Shown here: one piece after another, positions 56,731 to 64,000 of the stretch | Numbering within the stretch: the stretch's first letter is position 1 | Layout of the letters: each line of letters opens with the position of its first letter | Source: Treponema sp. | GTDB lineage: Bacteria; Spirochaetota; Spirochaetia; Treponematales; Treponemataceae | Assembly (NCBI GenBank): GCA_036300185.1 | Contig: JAXJGY010000051.1 | Coordinates: 44,693 to 108,692, forward strand | Length of the DNA: 64,000 nt | Direction of reading: 5' to 3' | Position numbers and translations under genes: made by a program | Notes under the pieces: model-generated | Databases searched by the model: none | What the model saw: the letters and a program-made list of their open reading frames with translations, nothing else | Told to the model about the DNA's origin: nothing

Positions 56731-58485
56731 ATGACCTTGCAGCCTCCTATTCATACAGAACCTACTCAGTGTCAAGACTGCTACAAATGTATCCGCCATT
56801 GTCCAGTAAAGGCCATCCGTGTAGAAAACAATCACGCCAAGATTATCCCTGAGCTTTGTGTCTATTGTGGACAATGCGTTATTGATTGTCCTCCCCATGC
56901 AAAACAAACACGAGGAGACGGACAGTGGGCACGCCATCTTTTGGCTACAAAAAAACAGGTTTATGTTTCCTTGGCTCCCTCCTTTGTATCAGAATTCTCC
57001 GATTATACTCCCCAACAGCTGATTGCTGCTCTAAAACGCCTTGGCTTTGCAGGTGTATCTGAGACAGCTCTCGGTGCAGACTTTGTTTCTGCCCAACTAG
57101 CCAAGGACTTGGCTCTGGCTGTGGAAGATCCCCAGGGACAAAAGCTCTTCCTTTCCTCTGCCTGTCCTGCAGTGGTGGAATACATTAAGCTGTATCAGCC
57201 TGAGCTTGCTCCCTGCATTACAGACCGTGCTTCTCCCTTGTTGGCTCATGCCCGCTATCTGCGCAAGGTATACGGCAATGACATTGGCTTGGTTTTTGTG
57301 GGCCCTTGTATTGCAAAAAAACGTGAGGCCGACGCTTGGGACGAAATCGATGTAGCCCTTACCTTTCAGGAGCTCAGAGAATGGCTTGAAGAAGAAGGTC
57401 TGCGTCCAGATACTGCAATTCCTGTGGGGCAAGAAAATCAGCAGGATTTTGTGCCTCGTCGGGCTGCAAAGGGTGTTTTGTATCCCATTGACGGTGGAAT
57501 GATTGCCACCTACAAAAAATATGACCGTCTTGGAAAAGTTCGCTCCATGGCAATTTCTGGACTTGAAGAAGTACAGCGTGCCTTGGAGGGCTTTGACCCA
57601 GAGAATCTCACGGCTCCCGTGTTTATGGAGCTTTTGGCCTGTCATGGTGGCTGTATCAACGGGCCTGGAACCTCCGTTCATTCTCCCGGGGCTCTGAGGC
57701 GGGTTTTGGTGGAAGAATATGCCCAAGATGTGGATCTGGTACTGGATGAATCTACCGTGGCACAATCTCCTGTAATGGAGGGCACCCTACCAGTTTTTGT
57801 CGGTGAGAACAAGAGATATAGCGAGGAGGATATTAAGACAGCCCTTCGCTCTGTAGGTAAATATACCTTAGAGGACGAGGTAAACTGTGCCAGCTGTGGT
57901 TACGATACCTGTCGCTCCTTTGCAAGAGCCGTTTTGGAGGATCGAGCAGAAAAAACCATGTGCGTTTCCTACATGAGAAAGCTGGCTCAGAAAAAGGCCA
58001 ATGGTCTTATCCAGGCTATTCCCAGCGGTGTTGTCATTGTAGACAAGAACCTGCAGATTGTGGAATGTAACATGAACTTTGCCCGTCTTATGGGAAGCGA
58101 TGTGGTGGATATGTATCAGCTAAAGCCGGGCTTGGAGGGTGCAGATTTAACTCGCCTTACCTTTGCCGCCAAGCTTTTTGCCGATGTACTGAGTCGTAGT
58201 GGGCCTGATGTTATTGAGCGAGACGTGCGGGAAGGCAAGAAAATCTTCCACGTAACGGTTTTCGAAATTGAGCGGGAAGAAATCGCTGCTGGTGTTTTAG
58301 AGGATATTACTGTGCCTAAAAACCAGCGGGAAAGAACTATTACTCAGGCACAAAAGGTTATCGAAAAGAACCTTTCCGTAGTGCAAAAAATCGCCTTCTT
58401 GTTGGGAGAAAATGCTGCAGAAACAGAATCAATGCTGAATTCCATCATCGAATCCTACAGTGATGGGGAGGAGGCTTCTCCGTGA
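56731..58485 (+). CDS. hydS: Sensory-type [FeFe]-hydrogenase (HydS-like, group C): 2x[4Fe-4S] + H-cluster domain + Cys4 motif + PAS
   Basis: CQDCYKCIRHCP and CVYCGQCVIDCP. H-cluster motifs FLSSACPAV, FVGPCIAKKRE, ELLACHGGCINGPG. CASCGYDTCRSF...C. PAS-like LIQAIPSGVVIVDKNLQIVECNMNFARLMG. ATG 56731 after GGAGGA. Confidence 0.8.
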   Translation: MTLQPPIHTEPTQCQDCYKCIRHCPVKAIRVENNHAKIIPELCVYCGQCVIDCPPHAKQTRGDGQWARHLLATKKQVYVSLAPSFVSEFSDYTPQQLIAALKRLGFAGVSETALGADFVSAQLAKDLALAVEDPQGQKLFLSSACPAVVEYIKLYQPELAPCITDRASPLLAHARYLRKVYGNDIGLVFVGPCIAKKREADAWDEIDVALTFQELREWLEEEGLRPDTAIPVGQENQQDFVPRRAAKGVLYPIDGGMIATYKKYDRLGKVRSMAISGLEEVQRALEGFDPENLTAPVFMELLACHGGCINGPGTSVHSPGALRRVLVEEYAQDVDLVLDESTVAQSPVMEGTLPVFVGENKRYSEEDIKTALRSVGKYTLEDEVNCASCGYDTCRSFARAVLEDRAEKTMCVSYMRKLAQKKANGLIQAIPSGVVIVDKNLQIVECNMNFARLMGSDVVDMYQLKPGLEGADLTRLTFAAKLFADVLSRSGPDVIERDVREGKKIFHVTVFEIEREEIAAGVLEDITVPKNQRERTITQAQKVIEKNLSVVQKIAFLLGENAAETESMLNSIIESYSDGEEASP

Positions 58486-59726
58486 TGCCCTTAGACAATC
58501 AGCAGTCTCAAAATGAACAGCCTTCTCTAGGCAGGGAAACCTTCGTTGAAGTTGGCTATTACCAGCTCTGCAAATATAATCAGCGGGCAGAAGGCGATGT
58601 TTTTCTGTCTCAAAAAAATCCCAGCGACGGGCGTGTTATTACCACCCTGTCCGACGGCTTGGGCTCTGGAATCAAGGCGGGAGTGTTGGCTACATTGACC
58701 GCCACCATGGCTACAAAGTTCATTGCCAACGACATCTCCATTCGGCGGGCGGCGGAAATCATTATGAATACTCTGCCTGTTTGTAAGGACAGAGGTATTA
58801 GCTATGCTACCTTTACCTTGGTAGACATTGAGCCCGATGCTACGGTTCGTATTATAGAGTATGACAATCCGCCCTACGTGCTGGTGCGGCAGGAAACGGT
58901 AATCGATCCCATCAAGGACATTACTCCCATTCAGCGAAAGGACAAGACCACCGCCCCAAAACGAGAGGCCTTGTTGCATTACTCCCGTTACGAAGCCCGC
59001 CCAGGAGACCGATTGATTTTCTTCTCCGACGGTGTAACTCAGTCTGGAATGGGTAGTCCTTGCCATCCCTTTGGCTGGGGAAGCAACAATGTACAGGATT
59101 TTATTCTGGAAGAAATCAAGGGAAATCCTCTTATTAGTGCCCGTGAGTTGGCTCGCAGGGTAGTGCAGGAGGCAAGTCTCCACGACGGATACAAGCCCAA
59201 GGACGACATCACCTGTGGTGTTGTCTACTTCCGAAATCCACGAGACCTGCTGATTATTACTGGGCCTCCGCTGCACAAGGAGCGGGATGTGGAATTAGCC
59301 ACCCTCTTTAACCTCTTTGATGGCAACAAGATCATTTGCGGTGGAACTACCGCCAACATCCTTTCCAGAGAGCTGAATCGGCCTATTACCGTGAACCTAA
59401 AGGACTTTGATCCCAAGGTTCCTCCCTGCTCACAGATGGAAGGAGCAACCATGGTAACAGAGGGAATCATTACCATGGGTGCTGTGTCGGAGATGCTGGA
59501 AAAAGGCGGTGATATAGACAGCCTCAAGCCCAATGCAGCTACCCGCATGGTGGAACAATTTTTGAACTGCGACAGAATTTGGTTTGTGGTGGGAACAAAA
59601 ATCAACGAAGCCCACCAGGACCCAAATATGCCAGTGGAGTTGGAAATTCGGCGTAACGTGGTAAAAAAGATTGCCTCGTTGTTGCAGGAAAAATATTTGA
59701 AGGAAACCCATATTCAATACTTCTAA
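58485..59726 (+). CDS. PP2C/SpoIIE-family serine phosphatase
   Basis: GDVFLSQKNPSDGRVITTLSDGLGSGIKAGVLATL and RLIFFSDGVTQ. ATG overlaps the hydS stop (TGATG). Confidence 0.7.
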   Translation: MPLDNQQSQNEQPSLGRETFVEVGYYQLCKYNQRAEGDVFLSQKNPSDGRVITTLSDGLGSGIKAGVLATLTATMATKFIANDISIRRAAEIIMNTLPVCKDRGISYATFTLVDIEPDATVRIIEYDNPPYVLVRQETVIDPIKDITPIQRKDKTTAPKREALLHYSRYEARPGDRLIFFSDGVTQSGMGSPCHPFGWGSNNVQDFILEEIKGNPLISARELARRVVQEASLHDGYKPKDDITCGVVYFRNPRDLLIITGPPLHKERDVELATLFNLFDGNKIICGGTTANILSRELNRPITVNLKDFDPKVPPCSQMEGATMVTEGIITMGAVSEMLEKGGDIDSLKPNAATRMVEQFLNCDRIWFVVGTKINEAHQDPNMPVELEIRRNVVKKIASLLQEKYLKETHIQYF

Positions 59727-59782
59727 TCTGGTACGAATAGGGTATAATAATACTGATCCGAATAATTTTATGGAGGAATACA

Positions 59783-60037
59783 ATGAAAAAGATTAAGGTT
59801 TCAATCTGTACAGGAACAGCTTGCTTTGTAATGGGTGCTTCTGAAATTATGTTGCTGGAAGATGAGCTTACTCCAGAGCTGAAGGAAATTGTGGAGATTG
59901 AAGGTGTAACCTGTCTTGAGTTGTGCAAGAACTCTGAGTACGGTAAGGCTCCCTTTGTTAAGATTAATGATGAAGTCGTGAGCCAAGCAACATTGCCTTT
60001 GGTTGTGGAAAAAATTCGCCAGTTGGCAGCAGAATAA
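59783..60037 (+). CDS. Thioredoxin-like [2Fe-2S] mini-ferredoxin, 84 aa (paralogue of 56489-56728)
   Basis: CTGTAC...CLELC Cys4 pattern with the same fold signature (APFVKINDE); GGAGG SD. Confidence 0.65.
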   Translation: MKKIKVSICTGTACFVMGASEIMLLEDELTPELKEIVEIEGVTCLELCKNSEYGKAPFVKINDEVVSQATLPLVVEKIRQLAAE

Positions 60038-60080
60038 TTTTTGTAATCTTGGCTTTTAGTTTTTAGGAAGGAGATTCGTT

Positions 60081-61550
60081 ATGCTTAATATAAATAATCA
60101 GGCTGCCCATTTGAAAAGGGAGATCCTTGTTCGTATTGCCAAGCTTCAGTTGGAAGGAAAGCTAGAGGAGGGAGTTCACTATATTCCTCGGGAAATGGCA
60201 CCTCTAGGAAAGGAGCCCCTGCGTTGCTGTATCTATCATGATAGAGAAATTTTGCGAATGCGAGTTATGGCTCGTCTTGGTCATAGTGTTGAAGATTACG
60301 ATGATGAAAAGAAGCTGTCAGAATTTGCAAAAGAGGCTCTAGAGCGAGAAAAGCCTACCTGGCCCATGCTTACTGTTTTGCACGAAGCCTGTAATGCCTG
60401 TGTTAAGGCTCACTACATGGTAACAAATGCCTGTCAGGCCTGTCTTGCCCGTCCTTGTATGACAAACTGTGGCAAGCACTGTATCGAAATCAAAAACGGA
60501 CGTGCCCACATTGACGAAGAAGCCTGTGTAAACTGCGGTCTTTGTATGCAGAACTGTCCCTATCACGCCATCATCAAGATTCCCGTTCCCTGCGAAGAAT
60601 CCTGCCCAGTAGGTGCAATTACAAAGGATGAGACTGGAAAGGAGCAGATTGATTATCACAAGTGTATTTTCTGCGGAAACTGCATGAGAGAATGTCCCTT
60701 TGGCGCTATGATGGATAAGAGCCAGCTGGTGGATGTTATCAAGCATATTATGAATGGCCGAAAGGTTGTGGCTATGTATGCTCCTGCCGTTGCCGCTCAG
60801 TTTAGAGTTGCTCCTGGTCAGCTGGAAGGTGCTTTGAAGGAATTGGGATTTTCTCGCATTTGGGAGGTTGCTATTGGTGCAGATATTACCTCCGACAATG
60901 AGGCCAAGGAATTTGAGGAGCGCATGGAAGCAGGTCACAAGATGATGACCACCTCCTGCTGTCCTGCCTATGTACGAGCCGTTCGCCGTCACGTACCTGA
61001 GCTAGAATCCTGTATTTCTGAAACCCACACTCCCATGCATTATACTGCAGAGCTGGCTCGCAAGGCTGACCCAGATGCTGTTACTGTATTTATTGGGCCT
61101 TGTCTTGCCAAGCGCCGAGAAGGAATGGACGATGAGTTTGTAGACTATGTTCTTTCTGTGGAAGAGATTGGTGCCTTCTTGATTGCCAAGGATGTAGATG
61201 TAGCCAAGGTTGCTGCTGCTCCTGATGCAACCGTTCCTACTGCTTCTGGTAGAGGCTTTGCTGCTAGTGGTGGTGTTGCAGAAGCAGTACGTATCCGTCT
61301 CAAGCACCCAGAAAAGCTTCGGGCAGCAGTTATCAACGGACTTACTGGCAACGGTATGAAGCAGTTGGCCACCTTCGGTAAGATGAACGCAGGAACCCTT
61401 CCTTACACCGACCAAAGCCCCAACTTGGTGGAGGTTATGGCTTGTGAAGGCGGTTGTATTGCGGGGCCATCGGTAATTACCAACCCCAAGGTTGCTAATA
61501 TGCAGCTGAAAAAGTACATGGAAGCAGGTGTTTCAAATCCTGCAAACTAA
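60081..61550 (+). CDS. hydA: [FeFe]-hydrogenase, catalytic type (group-B-like architecture with Cys-rich N-terminal domain and two ferredoxin motifs)
   Basis: CVNCGLCMQNCP and CIFCGNCMRECP. Canonical H-cluster motifs MMTTSCCPAY, FIGPCLAKRRE, EVMACEGGCIAGP. Confidence 0.85.
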   Translation: MLNINNQAAHLKREILVRIAKLQLEGKLEEGVHYIPREMAPLGKEPLRCCIYHDREILRMRVMARLGHSVEDYDDEKKLSEFAKEALEREKPTWPMLTVLHEACNACVKAHYMVTNACQACLARPCMTNCGKHCIEIKNGRAHIDEEACVNCGLCMQNCPYHAIIKIPVPCEESCPVGAITKDETGKEQIDYHKCIFCGNCMRECPFGAMMDKSQLVDVIKHIMNGRKVVAMYAPAVAAQFRVAPGQLEGALKELGFSRIWEVAIGADITSDNEAKEFEERMEAGHKMMTTSCCPAYVRAVRRHVPELESCISETHTPMHYTAELARKADPDAVTVFIGPCLAKRREGMDDEFVDYVLSVEEIGAFLIAKDVDVAKVAAAPDATVPTASGRGFAASGGVAEAVRIRLKHPEKLRAAVINGLTGNGMKQLATFGKMNAGTLPYTDQSPNLVEVMACEGGCIAGPSVITNPKVANMQLKKYMEAGVSNPAN

Positions 61551-61644
61551 AATATAAATTACGTCTTTCTTCAGTAATATGAAAGTAGGAGCAGGTGGGG
61601 TGTGGCTCCTCCATATCTCACCTCTTTTACTTTTGCTGGAGCTA

Positions 61645-61653
61645 TGGTATACT
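61645..61653 (+). promoter_or_regulatory. Extended -10 TGgTATACT 6 nt upstream of GTG 61660
   Basis: aTGgTATACT-gactag-GTG. The CTATGgTATACT context resembles the promoters at 46209 and 47022. Confidence 0.35.
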
Positions 61654-61659
61654 GACTAG

Positions 61660-62520
61660 GTGAATACATCTCTATTTCCTGCCAATAATAAGCTCCCTAC
61701 AGGTAAGCTTCCTGCAAAAATCATGGCAATCGATCTGGACGATACCCTCTTGCGGGAGGATTTGACTATTTCAGATTACACCATTCAGACTCTGCAAAAG
61801 GCCACCGCTGCTGGTATCTATGTTACCCTTTGCTCTGGCCGCACCGACAATGCAATTTTGCCCTTTGTTCGCCAATTGGAAATTGCAGGCTTGGAGCAGG
61901 GACGTTTTATCATAGCCCAAAACGGAGCGGTGATTTACGACCTGCACCTGCGTCGGGAAATCCTATATCGCACTGTGGATGTAGATGTTTTGTTAGAGGC
62001 CAACAAAATAGCTGCTGCCTATGGTCTGTTTCCAGAGGTATACAATCCCACTACCATCTTCACCACCCAGGACAATAAGTGGACTCAGGTAGACGTGGGG
62101 CTTACGGGGCTCCAGATGGAAGTGGTACCAGATTTTCCAGCCTTGCTACGAAAGGGCCACCCCAAAATGGTTATTCCTGGCGAGCCAGAGGTTTTGTTAC
62201 GACTCCAAGATGAGCTCCGTGAAAAAATCGGTTCTCGTTGCGTTATCTTTATCAGTAAGCCCTATTTCTTGGAAATCATGCCCTACAATTGTGGCAAGGG
62301 AGAAGCGTTGCAATGGCTTTGTCAGCGTTTGGCCATTCCCAATGAGCAAGCCATGTCCTTTGGAGACAGCATGAACGACGAGTCCATGATTCAGCTAGCA
62401 GGATTAAGTGTTTCCATGATAAACGGACTGGATGTCATTAAGGATCAGGCTCGCTACGTAACTGAATTTTCCAACAACGAAGACGGCCTTGCTCGCTTTG
62501 TAGAAAAATACGTTTTGTAG
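61660..62520 (+). CDS. Cof-type HAD-IIB phosphatase
   Basis: IMAIDLDDTLL (DxD motif), LCSGR, FGDSMNDESM. Start is GTG 61660 or ATG 61723. Confidence 0.82.
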   Translation: MNTSLFPANNKLPTGKLPAKIMAIDLDDTLLREDLTISDYTIQTLQKATAAGIYVTLCSGRTDNAILPFVRQLEIAGLEQGRFIIAQNGAVIYDLHLRREILYRTVDVDVLLEANKIAAAYGLFPEVYNPTTIFTTQDNKWTQVDVGLTGLQMEVVPDFPALLRKGHPKMVIPGEPEVLLRLQDELREKIGSRCVIFISKPYFLEIMPYNCGKGEALQWLCQRLAIPNEQAMSFGDSMNDESMIQLAGLSVSMINGLDVIKDQARYVTEFSNNEDGLARFVEKYVL

Positions 62521-62712
62521 GGGAATGGTTAAGGTCCCCTACAAAATGAGCTGGGAAAGTGCTAGCTACTTACGACATTGTTCAAATGCTGCAAGTGGCT
62601 GTCTCATGTCCGTTGTGAGCCATCCAAATGATGCTGCCATAGATTCTGCACCTTTTACCCCTTCTGAATGGCATGGAGTCTCCTTTCCAATTAGTATACC
62701 ACAGCTCTTTAC

Positions 62713-62752
62713 AAAAAAAGGCTGCAAAGGAAGCTCCTTCACAGCCTTTTTC
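62713..62752. terminator. Bidirectional terminator between the convergent HAD and acyl-CoA ligase genes
   Basis: AAAAAAA-GGCTG-caAAGGAagcTCCTTca-CAGCC-TTTTT. Confidence 0.75.
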
Positions 62753-62770
62753 ATCTTTAGCAAGAAAATC

Positions 62771-64000
62771 TTACTTCTTGTTGTAGGTTCGCTTTACCTT
62801 CTTGGTGGTAGTCATTTCCAGAGCTTCCTTCAGAAGGGTTATACGAGAAATGCGAGCGTAGGGCTGCAATTTCTTGTTTACCTCTGCCACAATTCCTTCA
62901 ATAGTTTCTCGAACTACAGCTGAGCCTTCCACGTCGCCACGCTGAACTTGGAGTCGGTTCAAAAGATCATCTGCGGGATAAATCAATGCCTCGATTCCCT
63001 CTGACTTAGTAGCTTCATCCATGATGTAGCCCTGAACGGTAATCTGCTCAATGTCGGTAATCAGCTGGAACTGGTTTTCAATTTCCTCTGGGTACACGTT
63101 CTTGCCACCCTCGGTAACAATCAAGTTTTTGGCACGACCAGCCAGGTACAAGTAGCCCTCGCTATCCAGCTTTCCCAGGTCTCCAGTCTTGAACCAGCCA
63201 TCATCAGTAAAGACTTCTGCTGTTTCTGCTGGCATGTTGTAGTAGCCCTTCATAACCATGGGACCCTTAACAACTACCTCACCAATACCCTCTGCATCTG
63301 GATCCAAAATCTTCATTTCCATGTGGGAAACAAAATAACGTCCAACGCTTTCAACCTTAAATTTATCCACTGGATTCAATGCAATGATGGGAGAGGTTTC
63401 TGTTAATCCGTATCCCTGGATAAAGTTGATTCCCAGCTCGTTATATACCTTGAATACGCTGGCAGCCAAGGGCCCACCACCACAAATTGCAATTCGTAGG
63501 GTAGAAATACTTGCCTTTTCTAGCACAGCCTTGAACAATTTCTTTCCAGGATTTACCTTGAATACCTTCTTGATAAAGTAGGAAACTCCCATCAAGAAAT
63601 GCATGATACCATTTACAACAGGGCCCTTGTCTTTGATTCCCTTCAAGATACCTGCCAAAAGCTTGTTGAATAGCAAAGGAACGCCCAAAAGAATGGTAAT
63701 CTTTCCCTCTCGTAGCTCCTTCAGCATACGGGTAACGGCCATTGTCTTTCCAAATACAACCTCTGCACCAACAGACATAGGTTCAATAAATGCCGCCTGC
63801 ATGGTATAGGCGTGGTGAATGGGCAACAAGGCATAGAATACGTCGGTGTATACCAACTCCAAGTGGGTCTGGGCAATGTAGCAGTCAGAAACCAGGTTGC
63901 GATGAGAAAGCATTACACCCTTTGGAATACCAGTTGTTCCTGAGGTAAAGAGAATTGCTGCTGTATCCATTTCCGTGGCAGGAGTGATGGTGGCAGTAGC
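62771..64000 (-). CDS. Long-chain fatty-acid--CoA ligase (AMP-binding family); N-terminus outside the window
   Basis: ILFTSGTTGIPKGVMLSH AMP-binding signature sits right at the track ORF start, so the frame must continue past 64000. Also has GYGLTETS and FKTGDLG motifs. Confidence 0.85.
   Translation of the reverse strand, partial: ATATITPATEMDTAAILFTSGTTGIPKGVMLSHRNLVSDCYIAQTHLELVYTDVFYALLPIHHAYTMQAAFIEPMSVGAEVVFGKTMAVTRMLKELREGKITILLGVPLLFNKLLAGILKGIKDKGPVVNGIMHFLMGVSYFIKKVFKVNPGKKLFKAVLEKASISTLRIAICGGGPLAASVFKVYNELGINFIQGYGLTETSPIIALNPVDKFKVESVGRYFVSHMEMKILDPDAEGIGEVVVKGPMVMKGYYNMPAETAEVFTDDGWFKTGDLGKLDSEGYLYLAGRAKNLIVTEGGKNVYPEEIENQFQLITDIEQITVQGYIMDEATKSEGIEALIYPADDLLNRLQVQRGDVEGSAVVRETIEGIVAEVNKKLQPYARISRITLLKEALEMTTTKKVKRTYNKK

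Noticed and set aside
57097-60992. Long minus-strand ORFs 57097-57765, 58527-59276, 59225-59605 and 60339-60992 in the hydrogenase cluster
   Set aside because: They are antisense to CDSs carrying clear Fe-S, H-cluster and PP2C motifs, so I treat them as shadows.
1-64000. Search for rRNA, tRNA, CRISPR, transposase/integrase, phage or defence-system genes
   Set aside because: None was recognised by eye in any intergenic region or ORF. The only classic accessory module is the HicA-like TA pair.

Overview
This is a 64-kb chromosomal segment that looks spirochaetal, most likely Treponema-like. The guess rests only on sequence features: a FlaB-type flagellin, dnaX-ybaB(ebfC)-recR, and a tuf-S10-spc-alpha ribosomal super-operon in which secY is followed directly by rpmJ (no adk/map/infA). 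I call about 76 CDS. Housekeeping content: trkA (partial), ychJ, rlmB, hrpB, dnaX/ybaB/recR, flaB, an aldehyde dehydrogenase, tuf plus 28 ribosomal-protein genes with secY and rpoA, a five-gene Liv-type branched-chain amino-acid ABC transporter, tkt, nadE, lgt, cysE, ftsK and xth, along with several transporters. I recognised no rRNA, tRNA, CRISPR array, transposase or integrase. Five things stand out. (1) A five-gene cluster at 56.4-61.6 kb encodes a PAS-bearing sensory-type [FeFe]-hydrogenase (HydS-like). It is translationally coupled to a separate PP2C/SpoIIE phosphatase and followed by a catalytic-type [FeFe]-hydrogenase, and each hydrogenase gene is preceded by its own 79-84 aa Cys4 mini-ferredoxin. 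(2) A recurrent architecture suggests leaderless mRNAs: at ten gene starts a -10 box (often TGn-extended) sits exactly 6-7 nt upstream of the start codon with no Shine-Dalgarno. (3) Two small accessory insertions are each bracketed by direct repeats that duplicate a promoter. One is an OMP + XRE-regulator islet between 38-bp repeats. The other is a DUF1902/HicA-like toxin-antitoxin pair between ~215-bp, multi-hairpin repeats that show a compensatory base-pair change. (4) A canonical sigma-54 promoter (TGGCAC-N5-TTGCA) lies upstream of an hsp20 gene. (5) A 58-aa zinc-ribbon ORF missing from the track sits at the tail of the alpha operon. All calls come from reading the sequence and recalling protein families; no database search was run. 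Start codons moved away from the track are flagged in the evidence.
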